Shown piece by piece: positions 39,061 through 48,760 of a DNA stretch of 64,000 nucleotides. The translations under genes and the position numbers were made by a program. This stretch comes from Obrimoposthia wandeli (Eukaryota): contig CDROCS010002105.1 of the NCBI GenBank assembly GCA_977020255.1, positions 372,001-436,000 of the forward strand, in the 5' to 3' direction. The notes under the pieces are model-generated. The model did no database searches, was not told where the DNA came from, and worked only from the letters and a program-made list of their open reading frames with translations. Position 1 is the first letter of the stretch. Every line of letters starts with the position of its first letter.

Positions 39061-41193
39061 ATGACGATTTTATTTCTAGAAGATATTAGCCAGTTTAAGC
39101 CGTGGCAAAGTGAGTTGCCTGAAGTGAATGGGCTATTCGAAATTCAAAATGACTTTAAACAAAAGTTAGCACGCTGGAAAGAGCAAGAACAGTGCCTCAG
39201 CATCGGGGTGATGGGGCAAGTGAAGGCGGGGAAAAGTAGCTTTCTTAATGCCTTGTTGTTTGATGGTAAGCCCATTTTACCAGCAGCGGCAACGCCCAAA
39301 ACTGCGAATCTGACCCGAATTAGTTACGGTGAACAATTTGCGTTGCGGGTGGAATATTATAGTCAGAATGAATGGCAGCTGATTGTAAAAGAGGCACAGG
39401 GTAAGGGTGAGCATACCGAAGCGAAAGTGGCTCGAGAATTAGTAAAAATGGCCAGAAAGGTTGGCGATAAACTGGAACAATGCCTAAAGATAGGCGTTGA
39501 AAGATTCCAGGTTGACAATCTGGAATCTTTGCAAGGCGTGTTGAACCAGTACACAGGTAATGATGGCGAGTTCACTCCTTTAGTAAAATGTACCGAAATC
39601 ACACTACCGCTTGAAGAATTGCGTGGCTTGGAAGTGGTAGATACTCCAGGTATGAACGATCCAGTGCAAAGCCGTACCCAAAAAACCCGCGATTATATGG
39701 CAAATTGTGATGTGGTATTTTTCCTGTCTCACAGCAGTAAGTTTTTGGACCAGCCTGATGTTGATCTACTGGCCACACAGCTTCCCGGCAAAGGGGTAAA
39801 GCATATGGTGCTGGTTGCCGTACAGTTTGATTCTGCGATTCTGGATGATGGTTTTAATCGTGACTCACTGGCAGAAACAGAAGCTAACCTAAAGAAGCGT
39901 TTGGGGGGGAATGCTCAGAAACAATTGATGGAATTGGTAAAGCGAAAGCAGGATAGTGGTAATAAGGCTGCAGCAGATTTGTTGAACAACCTGACAGTAC
40001 CGATTTTTGCCAGTACTTTTGCCCACGGATTTGCCCATTGGCCGCAAAGTCGATGGTCAAAAAATATGAAACATGTACACGCTGAATTACTCGAACTGGC
40101 AGAAGATGAATGGGATGATACGATTACGCATGAAGACTGGCTTCGAATTGCCAACTTCAGTGAGTTAACACAAGCCTATAAATATGCTCGAGAAAATAGA
40201 ATAACGCTGCTGAAAGCCCAACATGACAGTGTGATTCCTGATGCGGTATTGCAATATGAACAACAGTTAACCTTGATAGCGAAGAGTGCACAAGCCCGCG
40301 TTAAACATTTGCAAACTGAGGATGTTGCTTCTCTTGAGCTGAAAAAAGCCAATTGCGAAAAGCATATTGCTGAATTATCTGTTCGGCTGTCTCGAGTTCT
40401 GAATGCTGCGCAGCGTCAGGCACAGCAGATGTCAGATGATCTGATGCAGCAGATTCGTCAGGATAAAGAGAGCTATAGCCACCTTAATGAAAAAACAGGC
40501 ACGACAACCCGTACCCGTTCACATGAAGTGAGTGATTCAACGTGGTATAAACCCTGGTCGTGGGGGAGTACACGTACTGTCTACTCTACTTATAGTGAGA
40601 ACTATCAGTATTTGAGCAGTGCAGATGCCGCAGAGCAGATACGCCTGTTTGGTAAAAATAGTGCACGACAAGTAACGGCGCGATTTGCAGAGTTGATCGC
40701 CCCGAAGCAGCTAAAACTGGAACTGAAAAAAGCACTGTTAGATGGGCTTGATACACGTAGCGAGCAGTTTGATCCTATGCAGTTTAGGACAACCCTTGAA
40801 CAGTCATTGGTAAGTTTGCAAATGCCACGTTTGGAAGTTGATCTGGGAGATACCACCTCTCTGATTGGCGGTAGTTTTAGTGGAGATGTACAAGGTGCTG
40901 ATGAGATGAAACGTCTGCGTAGTTCGTTAAATCAGGCTCTACGAGCAATAATGGAGCGTTTTGAAAGCTGTTTTCAAGAACAGTTCCAGGTTGTTATGCA
41001 GCAGCTAGAGTTAGTTGAGCAGACTTTAACAGAACGTCTTATCAAGGATGTAAAAGCTGAATTGAACACGCTTCAGCAGAAGGTGGAAAATAAAGAAGCT
41101 GAGTTAAAATACTATAATTCGTTATTAGTATTAACTTCTGAATCGTTATCATCGACTACAGAGATAAAGGGGAAAATAGCAGAAACAGCATAA
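39061..41193 (+). CDS. Dynamin-like GTPase 3
   Basis: G1 GQVKAGKSSFLN, LP.AATPKTANLT, G3 DTPGMND, long helical C-terminus with DSTWYKPWSWG. Confidence 0.85.
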   Translation: MTILFLEDISQFKPWQSELPEVNGLFEIQNDFKQKLARWKEQEQCLSIGVMGQVKAGKSSFLNALLFDGKPILPAAATPKTANLTRISYGEQFALRVEYYSQNEWQLIVKEAQGKGEHTEAKVARELVKMARKVGDKLEQCLKIGVERFQVDNLESLQGVLNQYTGNDGEFTPLVKCTEITLPLEELRGLEVVDTPGMNDPVQSRTQKTRDYMANCDVVFFLSHSSKFLDQPDVDLLATQLPGKGVKHMVLVAVQFDSAILDDGFNRDSLAETEANLKKRLGGNAQKQLMELVKRKQDSGNKAAADLLNNLTVPIFASTFAHGFAHWPQSRWSKNMKHVHAELLELAEDEWDDTITHEDWLRIANFSELTQAYKYARENRITLLKAQHDSVIPDAVLQYEQQLTLIAKSAQARVKHLQTEDVASLELKKANCEKHIAELSVRLSRVLNAAQRQAQQMSDDLMQQIRQDKESYSHLNEKTGTTTRTRSHEVSDSTWYKPWSWGSTRTVYSTYSENYQYLSSADAAEQIRLFGKNSARQVTARFAELIAPKQLKLELKKALLDGLDTRSEQFDPMQFRTTLEQSLVSLQMPRLEVDLGDTTSLIGGSFSGDVQGADEMKRLRSSLNQALRAIMERFESCFQEQFQVVMQQLELVEQTLTERLIKDVKAELNTLQQKVENKEAELKYYNSLLVLTSESLSSTTEIKGKIAETA

Positions 41194-41254
41194 CAACTGT
41201 TTCTTATTGAGTGGTAAGTATTGGGCGATAGTTATCTTCAGTGCTTATCATTTT

Positions 41255-41279
41255 AAAAAAGCCCTGCGAACAGGGCTTT
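41255..41279. terminator. Intrinsic terminator between the dynamin operon and menB
   Basis: AAAAAA-GCCCTG-CGAA-CAGGGC-TTT. Confidence 0.75.
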
Positions 41280-41302
41280 AAAGTCAATAAATCAGCCTGG
41301 TA

Positions 41303-42199
41303 TTAGTAATGCCAAGGAAAGCGGCTGAAGTCTTGATCTCGTTTTTCCAAAAAGGCATCGCGGCCTTCTTGTGCTTCTTCGGTGCCATAGGCTAGGCGAG
41401 TTGCTTCACCTGCAAATAGTTGCTGTCCAACTAAGCCATCGTCAGCCATGTTGAAACCGTATTTAAGCATACGCATCGCAGTGGGTGATTTGCTATTGAT
41501 CTCTTTAGCCCAAACAAGCGCTTCATTTTCAAGTTCAAAGTGGTCAATAACCTTATTGACCATACCCATGTCATAGGCTTCTTGCGCACTGTAGTTGAAA
41601 CCGCAGAAGAATATTTCACGGGCACGTTTTTGGCCAATCATCTTGGCAAGGTAAGCCGAGCCGTAGCCTGAATCAAATGATGCTACATCAGGATCTGTCT
41701 GCTTGAATACAGCGTGTTCTTTTGATGCAAGAGTCAAGTCACACACTACGTGCAAGCTATGACCGCCACCTACCGCCCAGCCTGGTACTACAGCAATGAC
41801 GACTTTCGGCATAAAGCGAATCATACGCTGAACTTCAAGGATATGTAGGCGACCCATGCGAGCAACATCCGCTTTGCCAGCTTCTGCACCTTCGTATTTA
41901 TATCCGTCTTTGCCTCGGATACGTTGGTCACCACCGGAAGAAAACGACCATTGGCCTTTCTTCGACGGACCATTACCGGTTAGCAGTACACAGCCAACAT
42001 CAGACGATTGGCGAGCATGATCAAGGGCATTGAAAAGCTCATCTACAGTTTTTGGACGAAATGCATTCAAACAATCAGGGCGGCTTATTGCAATACGAAC
42101 CGTACCGTGCGCTTTAGCGCGATGGTAGGTGATGTCTTCAAAATCAAAGCCAGGGACTTCATCCCACAATTCAGGATTAAAAATTTCTTTGCTGGTCAT
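41303..42199 (-). CDS. menB: 1,4-dihydroxy-2-naphthoyl-CoA synthase
   Basis: DITYHR, NAFRPKTVDEL, FSSGGDQ, RLHILEVQR.IRFMPK, AVGGGHSLHVVCDLT, SFDSGYGS, EGRDAFLEKR; start ATG 42199 (ORF track 42286). Confidence 0.95.
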   Translation of the reverse strand: MTSKEIFNPELWDEVPGFDFEDITYHRAKAHGTVRIAISRPDCLNAFRPKTVDELFNALDHARQSSDVGCVLLTGNGPSKKGQWSFSSGGDQRIRGKDGYKYEGAEAGKADVARMGRLHILEVQRMIRFMPKVVIAVVPGWAVGGGHSLHVVCDLTLASKEHAVFKQTDPDVASFDSGYGSAYLAKMIGQKRAREIFFCGFNYSAQEAYDMGMVNKVIDHFELENEALVWAKEINSKSPTAMRMLKYGFNMADDGLVGQQLFAGEATRLAYGTEEAQEGRDAFLEKRDQDFSRFPWHY

Positions 42200-42690
42200 G
42201 ATGACGGTTGCCTCATTGGTTAGATGAGCTAAGGCTATGGCGTTAGCGCTAAATGTCAATGATTTATGAAGAATTGTGACAATCATCGTAGGGATTATTT
42301 GGTGCTGGCTTATTAATCAAGCAGATCTCGCGAGTTCATTCGACCAAAAAGAAAGACTTTAATGTAGGTCCGTTCTCGATCATACACTGATGAATTTCCG
42401 ATTTAGCAGGCAACGGTGTGTATATATAAAGTACCAAGTCATTAATGGTGTACTTGATTATGACTTGGGGTAATTGACGAGGGTGTTTGTACCCACGTTT
42501 TTCTGTTTTATATACAGTCATATTATATTTTTTGAATTTTCGATATTCGATATCAACATTCCGCACGTTTTCACTTGGATGTTGACTGTTAAGTCTTTAG
42601 TATCAGTTGGTTGTATGAGATTGGTGAAATGTGATGGATATTATTAAATATGCGTACTATAGAAATGTTATGTGTGAAAAAAGGTGAATC

Positions 42691-43434
42691 ATGGAAGGCA
42701 CTATAAAAACATATTTGCCAGAGAAAAAATACGGCTTTATCAAAGGGGAAGATGGCAAAGATTATTTCTTTCATGAAAGCGAATTTCGAGATAAAAGCCA
42801 TTTACCGAATCTGTGTGAGGAAGCCTTCGTCAGCTTTGATCAGCAAGCAACGCCGAAGGGGTATAAGGCAAAGAGCTGTTCTCTTATCAATCCATCGGAA
42901 GTCGTTACTTATGTAACACCTGATGAGTTCATTACCTCTAGATCAAGTGGTGTTCGCGGCTGGGATGTCGTTGAGCGGGGAAACTGGGTTGTTCATGGAA
43001 AATCACGGAAATCACCTGATTTAGCGAAAAGGGATGTTATTGATAGCGCGACACGTACAAGCGCAAATGCACTAATAAACGTTGAGTATTATAAAACCAC
43101 CGGCTCAGAAGCAGGAACAGGGAATGGTACACATCATTATACCATCCATAATTTTCGTGGTCGTGCTGTGAACTTGGCAAAGAAAAATTCAAAAGGAAAT
43201 TATCGTGAAGATGATTTTTCGGGTTTAAATCAACGTACAGAAATGTTGAAGAAGAGGCTTGTTGACCAGACGCAGGCTAGTAAAAGAAAGAGAAACATTA
43301 TCTGGTTAGTTGTATTGATGCTTTCATTTTTCGGAGTAGTTACAGAGTCTGTCGTCATTATCATTGCCTCCCTAATCGTTGGCGTTATTTTTAGACGTTC
43401 AACTGATTACGACTCTTGGTTAGAAAGATCATAA
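42691..43434 (+). CDS. Cold-shock-domain protein with C-terminal membrane anchor
   Basis: MEGTIKTYLPEKKYGFIKGEDGKDYFFH (RNP1/RNP2); two C-terminal hydrophobic helices. Confidence 0.8.
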   Translation: MEGTIKTYLPEKKYGFIKGEDGKDYFFHESEFRDKSHLPNLCEEAFVSFDQQATPKGYKAKSCSLINPSEVVTYVTPDEFITSRSSGVRGWDVVERGNWVVHGKSRKSPDLAKRDVIDSATRTSANALINVEYYKTTGSEAGTGNGTHHYTIHNFRGRAVNLAKKNSKGNYREDDFSGLNQRTEMLKKRLVDQTQASKRKRNIIWLVVLMLSFFGVVTESVVIIIASLIVGVIFRRSTDYDSWLERS

Positions 43435-43450
43435 TAATTGTACTTACTCA

Positions 43451-43495
43451 GGCAGTAAAAAAATCAGCGAGTTCCTCGCCCTGTATTTTACTGCC
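43451..43495. terminator. Hairpin between convergent genes
   Basis: GGCAGTAAAA...GCGAG-TTC-CTCGC...TTTTACTGCC. Confidence 0.55.
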
Positions 43496-43620
43496 AGGTC
43501 ATGGTTATTAGCTATTTTAACCAATAAGAATGAACAGATACTTATTTAGCTTGGAAATAAACCATTGCTGGCTCATTTCCGTTAGTTCCAAAAGCTTGTG
43601 ACTACGATTTCGATCTTCAT

Positions 43621-44697
43621 TTATTGCTTAAGCTTGTAAAGGTTACCATTATCGGTACTGAAGAAGATCTCTCCTTCTGGTGATACTTCAATATCTCTGA
43701 TTCGTTCGCCGAGTTCTGAAAGGATCCGATTTTCAGCAATAGCGTCACCCTCGTTATTAAGGGTAACGATATTAATGTGGGTTAACTTGAGCGCACCCGA
43801 TAATAATTTCCCGTTTAACTCTGGAAATTTTTTGCCTCTATACAATACCAAACTGCCAGGAGCGATTGAGGGTATATAAACCTTAACTGGCGATTCGATG
43901 CCTTCTTTTTCTGTGGCTTCGCCTACACTGATTGGTCCCCAATATTCTTTACCGTGAGAAGTAATAGGCCAGCCATAGTTAGCTCCTTTTTTGATTAAGT
44001 TAATTTCATCACCTCCGCGCGGCCCGTGTTCAATTGACCAAAGCCTCTGCGTCTTATGATCAAAGAATAAGCCCTGAGGGTTCCGATGCCCGTAGCTCCA
44101 TATCTCATCCAATATGGCTTTGTTGTTTACATAGGGGTTGCCTGTAGGTGTGCTGCCGTCTGGATTCAAGCGTAAGATTGAGCCCGCATGATTCATGGTG
44201 TTCTGACCATTTTCTTGCTCGCCACGGTCACCTATCGAGAAGTAGAGGCTGTTATTATCAAACGTAATTCGACTGCCGAAATGCCTACTAGTATCGGTTT
44301 GGGAGATTGAAACAAATACGTCTTTCCAATCTGAGAGTACCTCGTTACGGTACGTTGCCGATGCAAGCGTTGTGGTGCCTTTACCATTGAGATTTTTACT
44401 GTAAGTAACGTATATTTTGTTTTCATCGAAAGGGGAGAGCGCAATATCAAGAAGCCCACCTTGTCCCTTAGCCCAAACGTTTGGAACCTCAGCCAGAGTC
44501 TGCTGTTTACCTGTTACTAGATTGATGTGTTTAATTGCTCCATTTCTCTCCGTGATGAGCATAGTGCTGTCGTTAATGTAGGCCAATCCCCATGGTATGT
44601 TTAACCCACTGCTCACTTTTACTGCTTCATATGCGTGAGCGGTATTCGCAGCTAAAAAGGTAAGTATCAATACACTTATTCGTTGGGGCATTTTCAT
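43621..44697 (-). CDS. PQQ-dependent sugar (glucose/sorbosone) dehydrogenase
   Basis: Signal peptide, GL.IPWGL, GQGGLLDI, HFGSRI.F, WSYGHRNPQG, EHGPRGGDEIN, GANYGWP, RIRDI; start about 44697. Confidence 0.9.
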   Translation of the reverse strand: MKMPQRISVLILTFLAANTAHAYEAVKVSSGLNIPWGLAYINDSTMLITERNGAIKHINLVTGKQQTLAEVPNVWAKGQGGLLDIALSPFDENKIYVTYSKNLNGKGTTTLASATYRNEVLSDWKDVFVSISQTDTSRHFGSRITFDNNSLYFSIGDRGEQENGQNTMNHAGSILRLNPDGSTPTGNPYVNNKAILDEIWSYGHRNPQGLFFDHKTQRLWSIEHGPRGGDEINLIKKGANYGWPITSHGKEYWGPISVGEATEKEGIESPVKVYIPSIAPGSLVLYRGKKFPELNGKLLSGALKLTHINIVTLNNEGDAIAENRILSELGERIRDIEVSPEGEIFFSTDNGNLYKLKQ

Positions 44698-44806
44698 CGA
44701 CTTAGCAGCCTTCTTGTATTGGTTTTCTAAACTGTAACGTAATTGACCACTAATTAAAAAGTGCACGAATAAACCTTAAGGTGAAATAAAAAACTGCTTT
44801 ACTGAA

Positions 44807-44821
44807 ACTGTACCGTACAGT
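44807..44821. promoter_or_regulatory. Candidate TetR operator upstream of the efflux operon
   Basis: Perfect inverted repeat ACTGTAC-C-GTACAGT. Confidence 0.75.
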
Positions 44822-44856
44822 ACAGTTACGGCAAGTCGTTAATTTGAGTTTTTAAA

Positions 44857-45879
44857 ATGAAGAAAAAAGTCAGTGCGTTGTTGCTCGTTATTGGTTCGTT
44901 GTTTGCTGTTGGTTGTACCCTGTACCAGCCTAATACGGTTTCAACCGACAATGCTTACGTTCACTCTGATGTCACCGCGATTTCTCCAGAAGTGGGCGGT
45001 CAGGTCAACCAACTTTTTGTTGAAGACAATCAGTGGGTAAGCAAAGGCGGAGCACTGTTTTCCATTGATGATGAAGACTTTATCGCCAACCAAGAAATTG
45101 CAAAGTCGGTGTTGGATGTGGCAAACGCAGCATTAAAAGCCAGCCAAACTAAGGCCGAAATGCAATTGGTGAAAATCGAACAAGCAAAGCAAACTATTCA
45201 TAGTGCAAGGGCTAATGCCGAACATCAAGCGGCGGAGCTCAAGCGTTTGTCGCGCCTCGTACAAAAGCAATTAGTGAGTAAAAATCAGTTTGAAGCGCAA
45301 AAGGCACGCTCTATTGAAGCGAGCAGTAAGCTAGAAACGGCTAAGCTGGCATTAGCGGCGGAGCAAAAACAGCACGACGTACTTCTGACGGAAAAGCAAC
45401 AACTGACGGCACAAAGAAAGCAAGCTGAAGCGAACCTTCATTTGGTTAACATTGCGCTAGAAAGAACCGTGGTGAGAGCGCCGTTTGATGGCTTTGTTGC
45501 GGATAGACAAGTTCAAGTGGGTAAGTTTGTTCAGCCGGGAATGGGGTTGATTGTGATGGTGCCAGACTACGTTTGGGTGGAAGCCAACTTCAAAGAAACA
45601 CAGTTGGAAAATGTCGCTCAAGGGCAAGATGTAGAAGTGGTGCTAGACATGTTTCCTAATCATCTGTTGCATGGCCGAGTAACGTCAATTACGCCAGCAA
45701 CAGGGGCGCAATTTAGCTTGCTTCCACCACAAAATGCGACAGGCAATTTTGTTAAAGTTGTTCAGCGTGTGCCTGTGCGTATTGATCTAGATATTCCGGC
45801 GGAGCTGAAACAACGCATCTACACGGGGCTATCTGCTGAAGTGACGATTGAGACGGAAAAGCAAGGTAATGGCCGATGA
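44857..45879 (+). CDS. HlyD/EmrA-family membrane fusion protein
   Basis: STDNAYV, ISPEVGGQV, VRAPFDG, WVEANFKETQL, TGAQFSLLPPQNATGNFVKVVQRVPVRI. Confidence 0.92.
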   Translation: MKKKVSALLLVIGSLFAVGCTLYQPNTVSTDNAYVHSDVTAISPEVGGQVNQLFVEDNQWVSKGGALFSIDDEDFIANQEIAKSVLDVANAALKASQTKAEMQLVKIEQAKQTIHSARANAEHQAAELKRLSRLVQKQLVSKNQFEAQKARSIEASSKLETAKLALAAEQKQHDVLLTEKQQLTAQRKQAEANLHLVNIALERTVVRAPFDGFVADRQVQVGKFVQPGMGLIVMVPDYVWVEANFKETQLENVAQGQDVEVVLDMFPNHLLHGRVTSITPATGAQFSLLPPQNATGNFVKVVQRVPVRIDLDIPAELKQRIYTGLSAEVTIETEKQGNGR

Positions 45880-47408
45880 AAACACGCATTCCTTTGTTAA
45901 TATTGGCGTTGTTTGCGATTGCCGCGTTTGGTATTAATTCGGTGATGTTTACGGAGCTATCTCATGAAATGGCAGCGACGACCGGACTTTCATTGGACGA
46001 AACTGAGCTGGTCAAAATCGGCTTTATGATCACCCAACTACTGGGCTTTATATTAACTCCGATGTTGGTACGTCAGTGCGGTGCATACCTGCCTTTAGTG
46101 ACGTCATTATTGGTTGGGCTTACCGTAAATATGGTGCTGTACTGGCAAGTGCCGAATCAGTGGTTGTTTGCCATCACTTGGCTTTGCTGTGGCTTTTTTA
46201 TGAGTATGTTGCTGGTGGTTGTGAACTTCTTCTTGCTCGATAAATTTGAGGAGCGTTGGCTACCTGCAATTATTGCCCTGACCTTAGTGTTTTCAACGTT
46301 GATCCCTATGGGGGCTTATCCTTGGCTGGTGGCAGAGTTATTGGAAGTGTTTGATTGGTCCGTGTTTTGTGTCGTGTCGGCATGGTTGTACTTTTCAGCA
46401 TTGGTTATGGTGAGCCTATTTAAACCAACGCCAATCCAAATTACAGCCAAACCAAAATCAAGTACTGTGGTTTACTTAGTGCTGGCAGTAACCATTAGTC
46501 TTGTTGTGTATCTCTTGATGCGCGGCAGCTTCTATAACTGGCTAGATTCGATTTGGTTCTCTCAACTTACGGTTGTAGCAGCAGCGCTCGTTTTGTGCGC
46601 AGTGTATCTCTTGACGAGAACGCGTAAGTTGAATACCGCATCTATGCAGCTGCACGGTAAGTTGAAAACCAACGTATTCATGTACAACGCTTTTTTGGCT
46701 GGTTTTGCCGTGCTGGCAAGTACAATGCTGTTTAGTAACTTCCTCAAAATGGCGATGCACTACAACAGCCTCAATGCTGGTTATGCGCAATTACCATCGT
46801 TTTACGCCATGTTAGTAGGCATGTTGATGAGTGTGTTGGTGTTCTATTTCCGGCGTCCACTCTCCGATGCTGTGGTGCCGTTTGGAGTATTGATGATCTT
46901 GCTATCGGTGTATGAATTCAGCCAGTTACCAAGTTTTGTTGGGCCGGAATCGTTGCCTTTACCAATGCTGCTGCGCGGCTTCGGTGTGGGTATGTTGAAC
47001 GTATCTGTAACCATCGCGGTATTGATGTATTTTAAGGCCGATGATCGCCTTGAGGGGATCGCCAATTTTTACCTATTCCGAACCATGGGGGGAGTGATCG
47101 GTGGTGCGTTTTTCTCTCGTGTGATTCAAAACCATAGTGCACAAGCTTCAGGAGAAATTGGCCGAACCTTAGATGGATCAAGCCACGCTTTTGCCGTTTA
47201 TGAACATGCCCTTGGCAACGCAATTTTGACTCATGGTCGTTTGCCAATCCCATCGTTGGGCATGAGCCAAATTAGCGGGGTAGTGAAAGAGCAAGCGACC
47301 ACGTTAGCACTAAGCAACTCGCTAATTATATTTATTTTCTCTATTTTTTTCCTCGCACCAATTCTATTGATTGGTAAGAAATTGGCAGCCAAACAGGAAG
47401 CAAATTAG
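45876..47408 (+). CDS. MFS efflux transporter (EmrB/DHA2-like)
   Basis: About 14 hydrophobic segments, LLRGFGVGML, FYLFRTMGG; overlaps the EmrA-like gene. Confidence 0.82.
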   Translation: MKTRIPLLILALFAIAAFGINSVMFTELSHEMAATTGLSLDETELVKIGFMITQLLGFILTPMLVRQCGAYLPLVTSLLVGLTVNMVLYWQVPNQWLFAITWLCCGFFMSMLLVVVNFFLLDKFEERWLPAIIALTLVFSTLIPMGAYPWLVAELLEVFDWSVFCVVSAWLYFSALVMVSLFKPTPIQITAKPKSSTVVYLVLAVTISLVVYLLMRGSFYNWLDSIWFSQLTVVAAALVLCAVYLLTRTRKLNTASMQLHGKLKTNVFMYNAFLAGFAVLASTMLFSNFLKMAMHYNSLNAGYAQLPSFYAMLVGMLMSVLVFYFRRPLSDAVVPFGVLMILLSVYEFSQLPSFVGPESLPLPMLLRGFGVGMLNVSVTIAVLMYFKADDRLEGIANFYLFRTMGGVIGGAFFSRVIQNHSAQASGEIGRTLDGSSHAFAVYEHALGNAILTHGRLPIPSLGMSQISGVVKEQATTLALSNSLIIFIFSIFFLAPILLIGKKLAAKQEAN

Positions 47409-47478
47409 ACGTGACAAGTAGTCTGACACAGGGGGAGATCTAAAAAGGGAGTGATAACACTCCCTTATTCGTTTCTGC

Positions 47479-48081
47479 TTATCGCTGATAGAGCGATAGA
47501 AAGGCACTTATGGCTTTATGCGTATGAGTGTCTAATTGTTCGTCACTGAGAAATTCAAAACCCATTAACGCCATGTTTTGGTAATCCAGTTTGATCAGCG
47601 CAAGAAGCTGTCCACAGGCGAGGTCGGGATCGTCAATCTTGAGTTGTTGGCTGACTTCATCAGTTTTTAGAAACTCAATCAAGTATTGATGAATACGCAT
47701 TGGCCCCGTTTGCCAGAATTGATTCGGAACCGAGTCATGTTTATTAAAATCTGCCGAAATGATGCGGTAGAGCGATAATATAGGGTTAGAGCAAATGCCA
47801 CGCAGGTACTTCTTTGCGAAGTCTTCAAGAGTATCTTGTAGTGATTCGTTTTGCCTTTCTGCGAGTTGGAAAACCGATTCCAAACTGGTTTTGGTGTTAT
47901 GCGCCAAGACTTCTACAAATAGACCTTCTTTATTGGAGAAGTAGCGGTATAAGGTTTGCTTCGAACCGCCACAAATAGCAACGATTTGGTCCAGTGAAGT
48001 ATCTTTGTAGCTTTGCTCAATAAAGAGCTCTGTAGCTACCTCGATGATTCGGGTCCTTTTCTTCTGAGTGGAAGCTCGCAT
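47479..48081 (-). CDS. TetR/AcrR family transcriptional regulator
   Basis: IIEVATELF.EQSY..TSLDQI...CGGSKQTLYRYF.NKEGLF; start ATG 48081 (ORF track 48123). Confidence 0.92.
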   Translation of the reverse strand: MRASTQKKRTRIIEVATELFIEQSYKDTSLDQIVAICGGSKQTLYRYFSNKEGLFVEVLAHNTKTSLESVFQLAERQNESLQDTLEDFAKKYLRGICSNPILSLYRIISADFNKHDSVPNQFWQTGPMRIHQYLIEFLKTDEVSQQLKIDDPDLACGQLLALIKLDYQNMALMGFEFLSDEQLDTHTHKAISAFLSLYQR

Positions 48082-48103
48082 AACAAAACCTAGCCTATAT
48101 AAA

Positions 48104-48118
48104 ACTGTACAGTACAGT
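48104..48118. promoter_or_regulatory. Candidate TetR autoregulatory operator
   Basis: ACTGTAC-A-GTACAGT, the same palindrome as at 44807. Confidence 0.75.
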
Positions 48119-48382
48119 ATCACTATTGGCGACTAGGCACACATGTTTTCCTAACGTAGATACAAAAAAGTGACTCAAGGTCGCATATATCGTTTTGCAT
48201 AAACTCAACTTATCCCAATATACCTGAAGTACTGTATTCGATGCACTTTAGTGTAGGCACATACTCGTGTGGTATCAGCAGATTATCGCATAATTGGTAG
48301 AGATGTTGTTTAGTTGACATGTACCCATATTTGGGGATTTAAGCAGTGCTATAGTTAAAATCCAATCACTAGGGAGGTGTTT

Positions 48383-48700
48383 ATGACTTTCATTCAGTCA
48401 TTTGGCGCCGCAGAGACGGTTACTGGTTCCTGCCATTTTTTACATCTTAAAAACGGGCCTAATATACTGGTCGATTGCGGTTATTTTCAAGGTGAAAATG
48501 AAGAGCAGACCTTTGCGCCTTTTGATTTCGATCCTAAAGATGTCGATATTGTTTTACTTACTCATGCTCACTTGGATCATGTAGGGCGCGTTCCGAAGCT
48601 TGTTAAAGAAGGATTTGACGGAAAAGTTGTCGCCTTGCGCGCGACAATGGACTTGGCTGAGGTTATCTTAATGGATAGCGCCAAAATTGCTAATGATTGA
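48383..48700 (+). pseudogene. Truncated MBL-fold (beta-CASP-type) metallo-hydrolase
   Basis: GAAETVTGSCH, LVDCG.FQG, LLTHAHLDHVGRVP, then stops at about 105 aa; full-length homologues are several hundred aa. Confidence 0.75.
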
Positions 48701-48760
48701 GCCAAAGATCCAATTCCAACATTAGTCCTAATTGAAGCGGGCAAAACGAAAGGCGTATCT

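Noticed and set aside
33685-41193. Calling the operon Eleos (LeoABC) or Shango outright
   Set aside because: Gene number and content differ: three full GTPases plus two TerB-like genes, and no Shango-type ATPase/helicase pair. An HMM search is needed before naming it.
22700-42300. Integrase, tRNA or att-flanked prophage explaining the island
   Set aside because: No recombinase motif, tRNA or phage structural gene was seen; the only mobility gene is the IS1595 transposase.
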